Origin: a virus
Strand: one strand, 5' to 3'
DNA length: 64,000 nucleotides
Virus record (IMG/VR): IMGVR_UViG_3300032291_002681
Span: 1 to 64,000 of that record
The notes beneath the pieces are model-generated. The model was not told the DNA's origin. It saw nothing but the letters and a program-made list of their open reading frames with translations, and did not search any database. A program made the position numbers and the translations under genes. Within the stretch, counting starts at the first letter, position 1. Every line of letters starts with the position of its first letter. This document shows positions 29,309 to 39,411 of the stretch, one piece after another.

Positions 29309-30124
29309 ATGGCAGAAGTTAATATTGCACAACAAAATCCAACACCTAGAGAGGTAGAAAAACAAAAATTCGATTTTCCAACGGAAACAATTGAATTGCC
29401 ATCAAAAGGATTGGTATATCCAGAAGGACATCCATTAAGAAGTGGAACTTGTGAAATAAAATATATGACAGCAAGAGAAGAAGATATTCTTGCGAATCAA
29501 AATCTTATTAAAAAAGGTATTGTTTTGGACAAGTTATTTGAATCAGTTGTAGTTCAACCCGGTTTGAACCCAAATGATATCCTTATTGGTGATAAAAACG
29601 CTATTTTAATGGCAACTCGTATTTTAGGATATGGGGCTGATTACCAAGTAGAAATTACTGACCCATTCTCATTGGAAAAACAAGATGTTATTATTGATTT
29701 AGGAAAAGTTCAAACAAAAGATGTTGATGAAGATGTATTGAATTCAAAAAATAGATATACGTTTAAATTACCATCAAATGGAACTGAAATTGTTTTTAAA
29801 TTACTTACACATGGTGATGAGCAAGAAATTACAAAAGAAATACAAGCATTAGAAAAATTAAATAAAAATGCCGGTACGTCATTCGATGTAACTACTAGAT
29901 TGAAATATATGATTGTTTCGGTAGATGGTAACGAAGATAGAGGTTTTGTAAATAGATGGGTGGTTAATTCTTTTTTAGCAAAGGATACGAAAGCATTTAG
30001 AGCGTATGTTAAGGAATTATCACCGGATTTGAATATGAAATTTGAGTTTACATCTGAAGTAACTGGTGAGACGGAGGCGCTAGATATCCCATTTGGGATT
30101 AACTTTTTTTACCCTTCCAACTGA
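29309..30124 (+). CDS. Baseplate hub / tail assembly chaperone (T4 gp26-like)
   Basis: PTETIELPSKGLVY...IKYMTAREEDIL...; located between tube and tape measure; ends INFFYPSN over a T7 run. Confidence 0.75.
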   Translation: MAEVNIAQQNPTPREVEKQKFDFPTETIELPSKGLVYPEGHPLRSGTCEIKYMTAREEDILANQNLIKKGIVLDKLFESVVVQPGLNPNDILIGDKNAILMATRILGYGADYQVEITDPFSLEKQDVIIDLGKVQTKDVDEDVLNSKNRYTFKLPSNGTEIVFKLLTHGDEQEITKEIQALEKLNKNAGTSFDVTTRLKYMIVSVDGNEDRGFVNRWVVNSFLAKDTKAFRAYVKELSPDLNMKFEFTSEVTGETEALDIPFGINFFYPSN

Positions 30125-30323
30125 TTATAAAATTCAACTTCATTCCCAAATTTGGGAAATGGTTCAATTTAGTAATGGATTTACTTGGTCAGAGGTATAT
30201 CACATGCCAACATATCTTCGTAAGTTCTATTTCAATAAACTAATAGACCTTAAGAAAAAAGAAGCAGAAGAACATAAGAAGGCTCAATCAAAAATGAAAT
30301 CAAATAAAGTGAGGATGCGTTAA
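30093..30323 (+). CDS. gp51-like chaperone segment, probably expressed as a frameshift extension of the upstream ORF
   Basis: GFTWSEVYHMPTYLRKFYFNKL motif. Only a TTG start is available, in the +1 frame overlapping AAC TTT TTT TAC. Confidence 0.65.
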   Translation: MGLTFFTLPTDYKIQLHSQIWEMVQFSNGFTWSEVYHMPTYLRKFYFNKLIDLKKKEAEEHKKAQSKMKSNKVRMR

Positions 30324-30338
30324 TATCCTCACTTTTTT
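30306..30338 (+). terminator. Rho-independent terminator
   Basis: AAAGTGAGGAT-N8-ATCCTCACTTT plus TTT; the TAA stop lies in the loop. Confidence 0.8.
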
Positions 30339-30374
30339 ATTTGTCAATATTTATTGAATATAAACACTCTAATT

Positions 30375-30590
30375 ATGGAAAATAATAAAAAACAAGTTAA
30401 AGAAGGTATATTCGATGCAGCCGATAGATTTGTAACTAAATTTTTTGATGGGTTATCATCTGGTGCTGCGGATACTATTATTAGAAAAGCTGAACAAGCT
30501 AAATTACCACCTCAGGCAATTAAATTAATGAAAGATATTGAAGATAGAGGTGAGGAATTGAGAAGAATAACAAAAGAATTATCTAAGTAA
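30375..30590 (+). CDS. Small hypothetical protein
   Basis: ATG at 30375 (MENNKKQVKEG) preferred to the listed TTG at 30354, which overlaps the TATTTATT motif. Confidence 0.55.
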   Translation: MENNKKQVKEGIFDAADRFVTKFFDGLSSGAADTIIRKAEQAKLPPQAIKLMKDIEDRGEELRRITKELSK

Positions 30591-30598
30591 ATTATTAA

Positions 30599-33304
30599 AT
30601 GGCACTAACTCCAGAACAAAGAGCAGCTAGAGATGCAGCTAGAGAAGCGGAAGCCGCCTTGCCTATTTTAGAAAGAATTCAAAAATATAGAAATAGAATT
30701 CTTGAGTTGCAAGGAAAGGAAGGGGAATTAACTGCTGCTGAATCTGATGAATTGTATAAGCAAGAAATACTTCTTGCTAAAAATGTTGCTATTCAAGAAA
30801 AAAGAGCAAAAAAGGCACTGGGTACTTATCAACTTGAGCTTGATATTGCCAGTGTATATACATCTCAAGCATCGGATTTATCGTCAATTTCAAAAGTATA
30901 TAAAGGACTGACAGATGTTCAGCAACAAAGTTTAAAAACCGTACAATCATCATTATCAACTGTACAAGGTTCATTGTTAGCCGATGAGAATAAAAAAGCA
31001 TTATTAGATAGTACCTTAACTGGTATAACAGAATTACAAGGACTACAACAAAAAATGGCAGAAACTGGTCCGGAAGATGTAGAAACTCAAAATTCTATCT
31101 CGGCTGCGTATGCTGCGCAAATGAATAGATTAAAAGAAGCAATTGCGATAAAATTATCAATTGGAGAAATTACACAAACTGAAGCCGATGCATTGTTGGC
31201 ATCATTGGATTCGCAACAAGACAGCTTAGCAACTGCACAAAAATATGGTACAATTAATGCGGAAACCAAAGAAATAATAGAGGGGCAGATTCAGGCCTAC
31301 GAAGGTATAAAAAAATCAATTAGAGGGGTAATTGGTACTGCAAAATTATTATTTAGTGGATGGCAAGGATTTGCTAGAGTCACATTAATGGCAGCAGGAC
31401 AGGCTATTGATAAATTAGGAAAAACAACAAGAGAATTTGGTGGGTTTTTAGGGGGAGCTACGGTATCAGCAACAATATTAGGAACTGTATTTGACGATGC
31501 AGGTGATGTTGCTAAAGGATTGGCAGAAGAATTGGGTGGTGTAGATAAGGCAACTTTTGGAGCTCAATTAAATACTAACCTTATGGCCATTAATATGGGT
31601 ATAAGTGGTGCTGAAGCTGCAAAACTAACAGGAGCATTTGCAAGACTAAATGGTGGAAGTGTTCAAACGGCACAAAACCTTGCAGATGGAGCTAAAGAAA
31701 TGGCAAAAACTGCCGGTGTAGTACCATCCAAAGTGATGGCTGATTTAGCAGGTTCTGCTGAAGAATTTGCATTGTATGGTAAAAATGGCGGAAAAAATTT
31801 AGCACAAGCGGCAGTTCAAGCGGCTAAAATGGGAGTTAGTTTAAAAACTATGACCGGAGTTGCTGATAATTTACTTGATTTTGAAAATTCAATCAATAGT
31901 GAATTGGAATTGGGTGCAATGCTTGGTAAAAATATTAATTTAGATAGAGCAAGAGCATTAGCATACGAAGGAGATATAGCAGGTGCAACGCAAGAAACAT
32001 TAAACGCATTGGGTGGGGTTGAAGCTTTTAATCAAATGGATTATTTCCAAAAGAAAAAAACTGCGGAGTTAATGGGAGTTAGTGTTGAGGAGTTACAAAA
32101 AATGGTAACAACTCAAGAAGAAGCGGCAACGATTGGTGGACAAATAAATGGAGCATTTAATACGGTATCAGAAGGATTAACGGCAATAACAACAGGACCA
32201 TTAGGTAATTTTGTAACTGGGTTAAGTGGGGCTATCGGTACAACAAAAGAAATAGGTGAAAATTTTAAATCAGCTGGTGGGTTTTTATCGGATATGGGTG
32301 GTAAAATTAAAGGTATGTTTGGAGCAGCACCCGCATTACCAGGTACACCACCTACACCATCATTACCAGGTACACCACCAGCAGCACCATCGTTACCAAG
32401 TACTCCACCACCACCAACAACAATGGCCCCACAAGCACAAGCCGGACCAGCAGACCAAGCAAATAAAATGTCTAAAATAAAAAGTGGAGATTTGATAAAA
32501 GGGGCAGTTGCATTATTAATATTGGCAGCGGCATTATTTGTAGCAGCAAAAGCATTCCAAGAATTTGCAGAAGTAACTTGGGAATCAGTTGGTATGGGAT
32601 TAGTTGCGTTAGCGGGATTAGCAGGAATCGCGTTTCTACTAAGTAAAATACAGGGTGAAATGATAAAAGGTGCTATTGCGGTAGCTATATTAGGAGCTGC
32701 ATTAATTCCATTTGCATTCGCACTAAATTTAATGAGTAACGTAGATGCGGCTGGGTTACTGGCATCTGGAGCAGCACTTATAGGATTTACTGCAGCAATG
32801 TTTGTATTAGGTGCATTACTAAGTGGACCTGGAGCACTTATATTTGGAGCAGGTGTACTTGGGTTAATTGCATTAGGTGGTGCATTAGTTGTGTTTGGAG
32901 CAGGATTGAATATGGTAGGTTCTGGAATGTCAGCAATAACATCTGCATTACCATTAGTTGTAGAACAAATTGGAATGTTGGCTCAATTAAACTTCTTACC
33001 AATATTCGGATTAGCAGCGGCATTAATGACCTTATCGGTAGCATTGGCGGCAGTTGCTGTTACTGGAATGATGGCATTACCTGCATTACTTGCGTTGGGT
33101 TTAATAGCAGGTGGGGCAGCGGCAGTTATGGGTGGTGGTGAAGAAGGGGGTGATAGAACCGGTGAATTGATTGATGAAATAAAAGGATTGAGAGCAGATT
33201 TGATAGCTGGTAAAATAGCAGTAAATATAGATGGACAAAAAGTTACTTCTAATGTAGGTAAAGTTGTATCTAGAATTAGTTCAAATTCATACGCCAAAGT
33301 ATAA
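30599..33304 (+). CDS. Tape measure protein
   Basis: 901 aa, Ala/Gly/Leu-rich and helical, with a hydrophobic C-terminal third; follows the chaperone pair. Confidence 0.85.
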   Translation: MALTPEQRAARDAAREAEAALPILERIQKYRNRILELQGKEGELTAAESDELYKQEILLAKNVAIQEKRAKKALGTYQLELDIASVYTSQASDLSSISKVYKGLTDVQQQSLKTVQSSLSTVQGSLLADENKKALLDSTLTGITELQGLQQKMAETGPEDVETQNSISAAYAAQMNRLKEAIAIKLSIGEITQTEADALLASLDSQQDSLATAQKYGTINAETKEIIEGQIQAYEGIKKSIRGVIGTAKLLFSGWQGFARVTLMAAGQAIDKLGKTTREFGGFLGGATVSATILGTVFDDAGDVAKGLAEELGGVDKATFGAQLNTNLMAINMGISGAEAAKLTGAFARLNGGSVQTAQNLADGAKEMAKTAGVVPSKVMADLAGSAEEFALYGKNGGKNLAQAAVQAAKMGVSLKTMTGVADNLLDFENSINSELELGAMLGKNINLDRARALAYEGDIAGATQETLNALGGVEAFNQMDYFQKKKTAELMGVSVEELQKMVTTQEEAATIGGQINGAFNTVSEGLTAITTGPLGNFVTGLSGAIGTTKEIGENFKSAGGFLSDMGGKIKGMFGAAPALPGTPPTPSLPGTPPAAPSLPSTPPPPTTMAPQAQAGPADQANKMSKIKSGDLIKGAVALLILAAALFVAAKAFQEFAEVTWESVGMGLVALAGLAGIAFLLSKIQGEMIKGAIAVAILGAALIPFAFALNLMSNVDAAGLLASGAALIGFTAAMFVLGALLSGPGALIFGAGVLGLIALGGALVVFGAGLNMVGSGMSAITSALPLVVEQIGMLAQLNFLPIFGLAAALMTLSVALAAVAVTGMMALPALLALGLIAGGAAAVMGGGEEGGDRTGELIDEIKGLRADLIAGKIAVNIDGQKVTSNVGKVVSRISSNSYAKV

Positions 33305-33306
33305 CG

Positions 33307-36012
33307 ATGGGAAAGACTATTGAAGAATTATTTAAAACAAAACAATTAGTAGACGGTAAAACGGCTGCTGAAAAATACGAAATTCGTAATAGTAAAGATA
33401 TGCCATTACGTTCTTCTACCGGTGCTATGGATTTACCATTTAAAGCTGTACAAATTGCAAGAAGAAACCTATCATCAAGAACTAGAGAAACAAGATTAGA
33501 ACAAGAGGTAACTGGATTACGAATAATATCTAAATTAGGAGGACCTATTATATATGGTACTGACATTTTTAAATTAAGTACACAAAAAACTGAAATGGTT
33601 TCCGCAATGAAAGATTCGGTTAATCCAAATAATTCAGCTGATAGTGGTTTACTTGGTAACTTATTTCAAAAAGGAAAAGAAAAAGGATTAGAATTATTAA
33701 ATAAAATAGGTGTACAACTACCAACTAAATTAATACCAACCCGAATATCGTTAAATAAAGATTTCAAAGCAGGTAAAGAGCCAGATACAATGGCAACACT
33801 TGCTAAAATAAAGCAAGATGGTGCTGGTAATTTGGCTGGAAAGTTTTTAGCTCAAAATGCAAAAGGAACTCCTAAACAAATAGGTAACCAATTATTGGGT
33901 GGTGGTATTGGTTTATTAAAAGGTGAAGTTAAGAAAAAATTATTTGGAGCACCAAAGCAAGGTGCACAGAATCTTGCCAAAAAAGGTGAAAATGATGTTC
34001 AATACGATAGTACTGCAAGATATTCAGATACCGTTAATCCAATTGATGAAGATTATTTCAAAAGAAATGACCTTTCATCTATATTAGTAGCACAGGAGAC
34101 AAAACAGAATGCTGACCCTGCTGTACAAAAAAGAGTAGATGAATTAGTTCCTAAAGGAAAATCTGTAAATGCATCAAAAAATCCATTTGCTAAATTAGGT
34201 GATAAGGTAGGTGATATTAAAAAAGATAATGAGAAAAAATTATCACAAGCAAAAAAAGTAGGACAGCAAGAAGTATCAGCTGGAAAATCAGTTGGAGATA
34301 CCAAAAGTGGAGCTCCAGCTACTACCGCTGATTCTGTAATTAAATATTCGGATACTGTTGATGAAACATCTGATGATATTGCATTAAGAAATGACCTTTC
34401 TACTATACTTTCTGCAAAAAAAGAAAATGAAGCTCAAAATCCTGATAAGAAAAAAGAAATTGATGCAGCAAAAGGAAATACGGCACCTGTAAATGCATCA
34501 AAAAATCCATTTGCAAACTTAGGTCAAAAAATAGGTGATATTAAAAAAGAAAGTGAACAAAAATTATCCCAGGCCAAAAAAGTAGGACAGCAAGAAGTAT
34601 CTTCCGGTAAAAAAGTTGGAGATACCAAAAGTGGAGGCTCAACAACTACCGCTGATTCTGTAATTAGATATTCCGATACTGTAGATGAAACACAGGATGA
34701 TGTAAAGTTAAGAAATGACCTTTCTACTATACTTACATCAAAAAATGAAAAAGAAAAACAAACTCCTGATAAAAAGAAGCAAATTGAAGCAGCAAAAGGA
34801 AACGTAGGTGCTTTAAATGTAAAACAAAATCCATTTGCAAAATCGGAGGATAAAGTTAAATCCGCTGATGAAGATACAAAAAGTGGATTACAATCTGGTA
34901 GAAAATTAGGACAGCAATCTATATCAGATGGTACTAAAAAAGTAGGAGATTTATCAGCAGCTACTTCAGATGTTATTACATATACATCGACGGTAGATGA
35001 AGCACAAGATGATGTAAAGTTAAGAAACGATTTATCAACTAAGTTAGAAGCATTGACAAAAGCAAGTACTGCAGTTTCTAGTGCGGGGGGTGTTTCTGGA
35101 CTATCTAGAACTGATGTACAAAAAAATATGTATTCATCTCTAAAAAATAAATCAAGTGATGGTAAACCATCAAATTCATTAAAAACTAAATATGGTATTG
35201 AAAGTAGTGATAAGTTGGATTTTTTAAATGAAAAGGCACAATATACTGCAACTGCAGGTGGGAAGCTGCAATTAACGGATGGTACTTATTTAGATGATTG
35301 GGATTTTATAACTCTTAAATTTCAATCAAGAGCTACAGGCAAAGCGGTAAATTTTAGAGCAACTGTTAGTGGTATATCTGAAACGGTATCACCATCATGG
35401 GATAGTGGTAAATTCATAGGTTCTCCGTTTAACTATTATACATATAGTAGTATTGAGAGGAGTGTTAGTTTTAATTTTAAAGTATATTCAACAACATCGG
35501 CACAACACGTTGCAGCTTGGCAAAGAATAAACTTTTTGACTGGACTGGCATACCCACAAGGATATAACCAACCATACGCAACCCCACCATTTGTTTTACT
35601 TACGTTGGGTAATTTGTATGTAAATAAAAATGCGTATATTGAATCACTATCATATACGATGGATGATAATGCTGGTTGGGAAATTGGATTAAATGATGAA
35701 AGTGTAAAAACTTACAAATGTCCTATTGTTGTAGATGTTTCAATTACTTTGAAATTCGTAGAAAGTAGAAATACAACCAGTGGTGGTAAGTTTTATGGTT
35801 TTGAGCTTGGACGAGAAGCAACCGCGGAAGTACCATCATCAGCGAATGCACAGTTATCAAATGATTCAAATGCAAGTGCAGGTTTATTAACTACACAACC
35901 AAAAGATACAAAAGTTGATATCAACGAAAAGAAAAATTTAAATAAAAAGAAACAAACGCAAAAAAGTTCAGTTAAGGCAAACACAAACGTAAAAAATCAG
36001 TTAAAAAAGTAA
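33307..36012 (+). CDS. Baseplate / tube-initiator-like protein with internal ~108 aa repeats
   Basis: C-terminal tube-fold-like segment (FRATVSGISETVSPSW...YTYSSIERSVSFNFKVY...PPFVLLTLGNLY...IESLSYT); directly after the tape measure gene. Confidence 0.65.
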   Translation: MGKTIEELFKTKQLVDGKTAAEKYEIRNSKDMPLRSSTGAMDLPFKAVQIARRNLSSRTRETRLEQEVTGLRIISKLGGPIIYGTDIFKLSTQKTEMVSAMKDSVNPNNSADSGLLGNLFQKGKEKGLELLNKIGVQLPTKLIPTRISLNKDFKAGKEPDTMATLAKIKQDGAGNLAGKFLAQNAKGTPKQIGNQLLGGGIGLLKGEVKKKLFGAPKQGAQNLAKKGENDVQYDSTARYSDTVNPIDEDYFKRNDLSSILVAQETKQNADPAVQKRVDELVPKGKSVNASKNPFAKLGDKVGDIKKDNEKKLSQAKKVGQQEVSAGKSVGDTKSGAPATTADSVIKYSDTVDETSDDIALRNDLSTILSAKKENEAQNPDKKKEIDAAKGNTAPVNASKNPFANLGQKIGDIKKESEQKLSQAKKVGQQEVSSGKKVGDTKSGGSTTTADSVIRYSDTVDETQDDVKLRNDLSTILTSKNEKEKQTPDKKKQIEAAKGNVGALNVKQNPFAKSEDKVKSADEDTKSGLQSGRKLGQQSISDGTKKVGDLSAATSDVITYTSTVDEAQDDVKLRNDLSTKLEALTKASTAVSSAGGVSGLSRTDVQKNMYSSLKNKSSDGKPSNSLKTKYGIESSDKLDFLNEKAQYTATAGGKLQLTDGTYLDDWDFITLKFQSRATGKAVNFRATVSGISETVSPSWDSGKFIGSPFNYYTYSSIERSVSFNFKVYSTTSAQHVAAWQRINFLTGLAYPQGYNQPYATPPFVLLTLGNLYVNKNAYIESLSYTMDDNAGWEIGLNDESVKTYKCPIVVDVSITLKFVESRNTTSGGKFYGFELGREATAEVPSSANAQLSNDSNASAGLLTTQPKDTKVDINEKKNLNKKKQTQKSSVKANTNVKNQLKK
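34021..35060 (+). repeat. Four coding repeats YSDTVDE...RNDLSTIL...KNPFA
   Basis: Unit starts at 34021, 34345, 34669 and 34981 (spacings 324, 324, 312 nt). Confidence 0.85.
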
Positions 36013-36019
36013 ATAGGAT

Positions 36020-36307
36020 ATGAGTAGATATAGAAATAACGAAGTTAAAAAAACTTTTGATGGTAAGGAAGTATATAGAACTAGGATACATCCAAATATA
36101 CCATTATCAGATAACGATGTATATGTAATGACTGAAACTGGTGATAGACTTGATACCTTAGCGTATGAATATTATGAAAATTCTTCTTTATGGTGGATAA
36201 TAGCATGTGCAAATAATATACATAATGCACCTATGGGATTGGAAGATGGTACAATATTAAGAATCCCTCAAAATTATATTCAAATACAAAACATTTTTAC
36301 ACAATAA
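36020..36307 (+). CDS. LysM-like baseplate protein (gp53/gpX-like)
   Basis: ETGDRLDTLAYEYYENSSLWWIIACANNI...GTILRIP. Confidence 0.85.
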   Translation: MSRYRNNEVKKTFDGKEVYRTRIHPNIPLSDNDVYVMTETGDRLDTLAYEYYENSSLWWIIACANNIHNAPMGLEDGTILRIPQNYIQIQNIFTQ

Positions 36308-36310
36308 TTT

Positions 36311-38611
36311 ATGTCAAGTTTTCCAAATTTATCAAACTTCAAACCTTACATCAAAACTGAATTGGATAATAGGGTAGCGGGCAAACGAAATATCTCCGAA
36401 TTAAACGCTTGGGTTAGGGTATCTTCTGGTGTTGGTGATGGGCTTGTACTATTATCCAATCCAAGTTTTAAATTGTTTGGGGCAGCTGGAGAAGGTTCTA
36501 TATATGGTGATGGTAAGACTAGTGGTACGCTGGGAACTACTTGGGGTGGGGCGGCTGTATCGGCTGAAACCGAAGATTCTGGATTTAGACCTAAACCAAA
36601 TATAACATCTATTGAAATTGATGAAGGTGCTGGTACATTAAGTAGAAAGGCATCGTTTACAATAACCTGTTATACTAAGGGGCAATTGGATACTCTATGT
36701 GAGTACTTTTTAGAACCTGGCTATACTATTTTTTTAGAATGGGGATGGAATCTTCCTCAATCTTTAAATAATTATTCGCCAAACTTAGATGTAAACACTG
36801 TAGCTAGTTATCAAAGTTTTGAGATGGTAAATAAAGCAAGAGAAAATTGTGGTGGTACATACGATAATTATTTGGGATATATAACGGGAGGCGGTATATC
36901 ATCAACAGCAGATACTTATGAAATTTCAGTCAAATGTACTGGATTTACAGAATTACCTGCATATTTTATGGGAGCTGATAATTCTGAAAAAGGAATATCC
37001 GATTCATTAAGTGCACCTGAATATAATACTGCTCAAATTGCAGGAGCAACTTCATTAGGTAAGAAACGATTTATGATGGCTTTTAATAGATTGCCATCAA
37101 ATAGAAGAACTATAAGAGTAGCTTCACTTATTGACAATACCGATGTGGCTAACGAAGCAACTTTTATAAATGTTGATGAAACTGTTAAAGGGGAGGTAAA
37201 CGATAAAACGTCCGGTACTATTATTGCTGGTATAGAGCTAAACGATGAAGAAGCAGATATTGGTGGTGGGGTAATAGTTGAATTTCCGGCTGGTACTATG
37301 TTTGTAAAAGATGAAGCTTACATAAAGTTTGGTGCATTAGTACAAATAATAAATCAAATCGGAATAGATGGGTTTAAGTTAGGTAATCAAGTTATCAAAA
37401 CCGAAATACGAACAAATAGAACAGCATGTTGTGCATTTCCTGAAATATTTAGTACGGATAAATCTAAACTATTTATACCAAATGCAAAAACACCAAATTT
37501 TGATTTAAATTCGGCAGCAAATTCAATAAAACCACCTGAAGGTGTAGTTAAGGATTTTTATGATTGCTCAATTGGTGATGGTGATTATAAAATACAATTT
37601 CCAGCAGCAGGAAAAATTGAAAATGGTAAAGCACAGAAAAAAAATACTGGCTCCAGTCCTGTTAGTACTACAATCCAAAGTAAAGTAGATTCTACATTTA
37701 TATCTCTAACCAAAGAACAGGGACAGTGGGGATTTTTGGATGACCTTTATGTTAATTTAGATTTTGCAAAGGGAATATTAGAGGCTAAAAACTTTTCAAT
37801 AAAAGATGGATTGTATCAAATATTAAACGGAATGTCATCTGCTGCAGGCGGTATTTGGGATTTTCAAATTATCCCAAATGAAAATAATACTCAACTAAAA
37901 GTAATTGATTTAAATTTGACACCAACTAACGGTGATGAGCCATATTTATTTGTATTAGCTGGATTAAAATCTATTTTTATAGATGCATCTTTGGATATGG
38001 ATATAAGTGGTGCTAAGATGAATCAAATAATTGGTAATAGACTTGGAGCAACTTTAAATGGAAGTCAAAAAGATGTAAAATTTTCAGAAGAAAATACGGG
38101 ATTGTTTACTAGTAAAAAAGATAAAGTTTTAACGGAAATAGTAGAAAGGGCAAAACCGGCAGTAGCTACACCACCAGAAGGTGGGGATGTTGATATTGAG
38201 GAGATGAAGAAGAAAAACTTAAAATTATTTTTAGATAAATCAAGTTATATGCCATATCCAAAATATCAAAGTGCGGATGTTCCAGCCACACTACTTACGA
38301 AAGATGGTACACCTGGTGCATGTTTCCCATCTGCATATAACGACCAATCGATATTTGAATATTTTAAAAATAAAAATGATAAAGACTTTGTTAGAAAAGA
38401 AAATAAGAGAGTGGGACCTATCATGCCGATTAAATTTACATTTACCATACATGGTATAAGTGGAATTAAAAGAGGTGATAAATTTAAAGTATCTGGATTA
38501 CCTAAAAACTATGAGAAAAATGGGTTTTTCCAAGTAACATCAGTAAAACACGTAATATCGGATATGTTATGGAAAACTGATATAGAAGGAAGTTTTAGAC
38601 AATCATCATAA
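36311..38611 (+). CDS. Baseplate hub protein (gp27-like)
   Basis: FLEPGYTIFLEWGW; C-terminal PIKFTFTIHGISGIKRGDKF...FFQVTSVKHVIS...WKTDIEG; follows the LysM gene. Confidence 0.65.
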   Translation: MSSFPNLSNFKPYIKTELDNRVAGKRNISELNAWVRVSSGVGDGLVLLSNPSFKLFGAAGEGSIYGDGKTSGTLGTTWGGAAVSAETEDSGFRPKPNITSIEIDEGAGTLSRKASFTITCYTKGQLDTLCEYFLEPGYTIFLEWGWNLPQSLNNYSPNLDVNTVASYQSFEMVNKARENCGGTYDNYLGYITGGGISSTADTYEISVKCTGFTELPAYFMGADNSEKGISDSLSAPEYNTAQIAGATSLGKKRFMMAFNRLPSNRRTIRVASLIDNTDVANEATFINVDETVKGEVNDKTSGTIIAGIELNDEEADIGGGVIVEFPAGTMFVKDEAYIKFGALVQIINQIGIDGFKLGNQVIKTEIRTNRTACCAFPEIFSTDKSKLFIPNAKTPNFDLNSAANSIKPPEGVVKDFYDCSIGDGDYKIQFPAAGKIENGKAQKKNTGSSPVSTTIQSKVDSTFISLTKEQGQWGFLDDLYVNLDFAKGILEAKNFSIKDGLYQILNGMSSAAGGIWDFQIIPNENNTQLKVIDLNLTPTNGDEPYLFVLAGLKSIFIDASLDMDISGAKMNQIIGNRLGATLNGSQKDVKFSEENTGLFTSKKDKVLTEIVERAKPAVATPPEGGDVDIEEMKKKNLKLFLDKSSYMPYPKYQSADVPATLLTKDGTPGACFPSAYNDQSIFEYFKNKNDKDFVRKENKRVGPIMPIKFTFTIHGISGIKRGDKFKVSGLPKNYEKNGFFQVTSVKHVISDMLWKTDIEGSFRQSS

Positions 38612-38616
38612 TAAAT

Positions 38617-38988
38617 ATGTTAGACATTAAACGATATAAAATAATTAATAAGGATACTACCGTTTACAATGGTGTAAGTATAAAAACATATACGCCAAAT
38701 GTAACTGAAACAGATTATAAAAGAGGATATGTAACTCGGTACTTTGTACAAAAGGCTAATGATATCGAATCGGTAATATATGAAGTAGATTATATAGGAT
38801 TTAGTAAAGCAATAGATAATCCGTTTTACACTTGTGAAAGTATTAATTGGAGAATAATTGGAGATGATGCAGCTATCAAAGATTCTAATCTCAAAGCAAT
38901 AAAATTGGTAATTCCTAAAATCCCAAAAATACAATTGTATTTACCAAACTTATTACAGTTTAAACAAAAAAAAGATTTGGAAGTTTAA
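38617..38988 (+). CDS. Hypothetical protein
   Basis: Clean 123 aa ORF (DYKRGYVTRYFVQK) closing the structural block. Confidence 0.6.
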   Translation: MLDIKRYKIINKDTTVYNGVSIKTYTPNVTETDYKRGYVTRYFVQKANDIESVIYEVDYIGFSKAIDNPFYTCESINWRIIGDDAAIKDSNLKAIKLVIPKIPKIQLYLPNLLQFKQKKDLEV

Positions 38989-39007
38989 TTATTTTTTCGT
39001 ATATTTG
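38976..39007 (+). promoter_or_regulatory. Bacteroidota-type housekeeping promoter (-33/-7) for the tmRNA
   Basis: TTTG at 38976, a 20-nt spacer, TATATTTG at 39000. Confidence 0.85.
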
Positions 39008-39020
39008 TATTTATCAATAT

Positions 39021-39410
39021 GGGGGTGACTCGGAATTGATTACAATGAGAATTGTAGTATCACACGTAGACAGAAGTGCTAGATGTCTTTAAATCTGTAC
39101 AAAACAATAACTGACGTAGAATTATCTACTTGGAACTTCGAAGATGCTATGGCATTTGTAGGAGCTTACGATTACGCTGTAGCAGCCTAATCACCACCCG
39201 CATCACTCGTGGGTTTTAAATAGAAGTGAACAAACCGGAGCATTACTTATCGGCTCCCTAAAACTGATAGGTTGGTGGAATCGCTGAACTAACCATTCGG
39301 CCCCAATTATTTTGGAAAGTTAATAAGATTAAACTTTATCCTAAACGTGTGAATCTCTGGTATTATGGTTACTTTGTAAGACATGGGTTCGAATCCCATC
39401 ACCTCCACAA
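39021..39410 (+). ncRNA. ssrA: tmRNA
   Basis: 5' GGGGGTG pairs with CACCTCC (39400-39406) including a G3-U wobble; discriminator A; T-arm ATGGG-TTCGAAT-CCCAT. Tag ORF after ATAACT: GAC at 39113 to TAA at 39190, reading DVELSTWNFEDAMAFVGAYDYAVAA. Confidence 0.93.
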
Positions 39411-39411
39411 T

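Noticed and set aside
39375-39410. Stand-alone tRNA suggested by GGTTCGAATCCC
   Set aside because: This is the T-arm of the tmRNA; its acceptor partner lies ~380 nt upstream and there is no anticodon arm.
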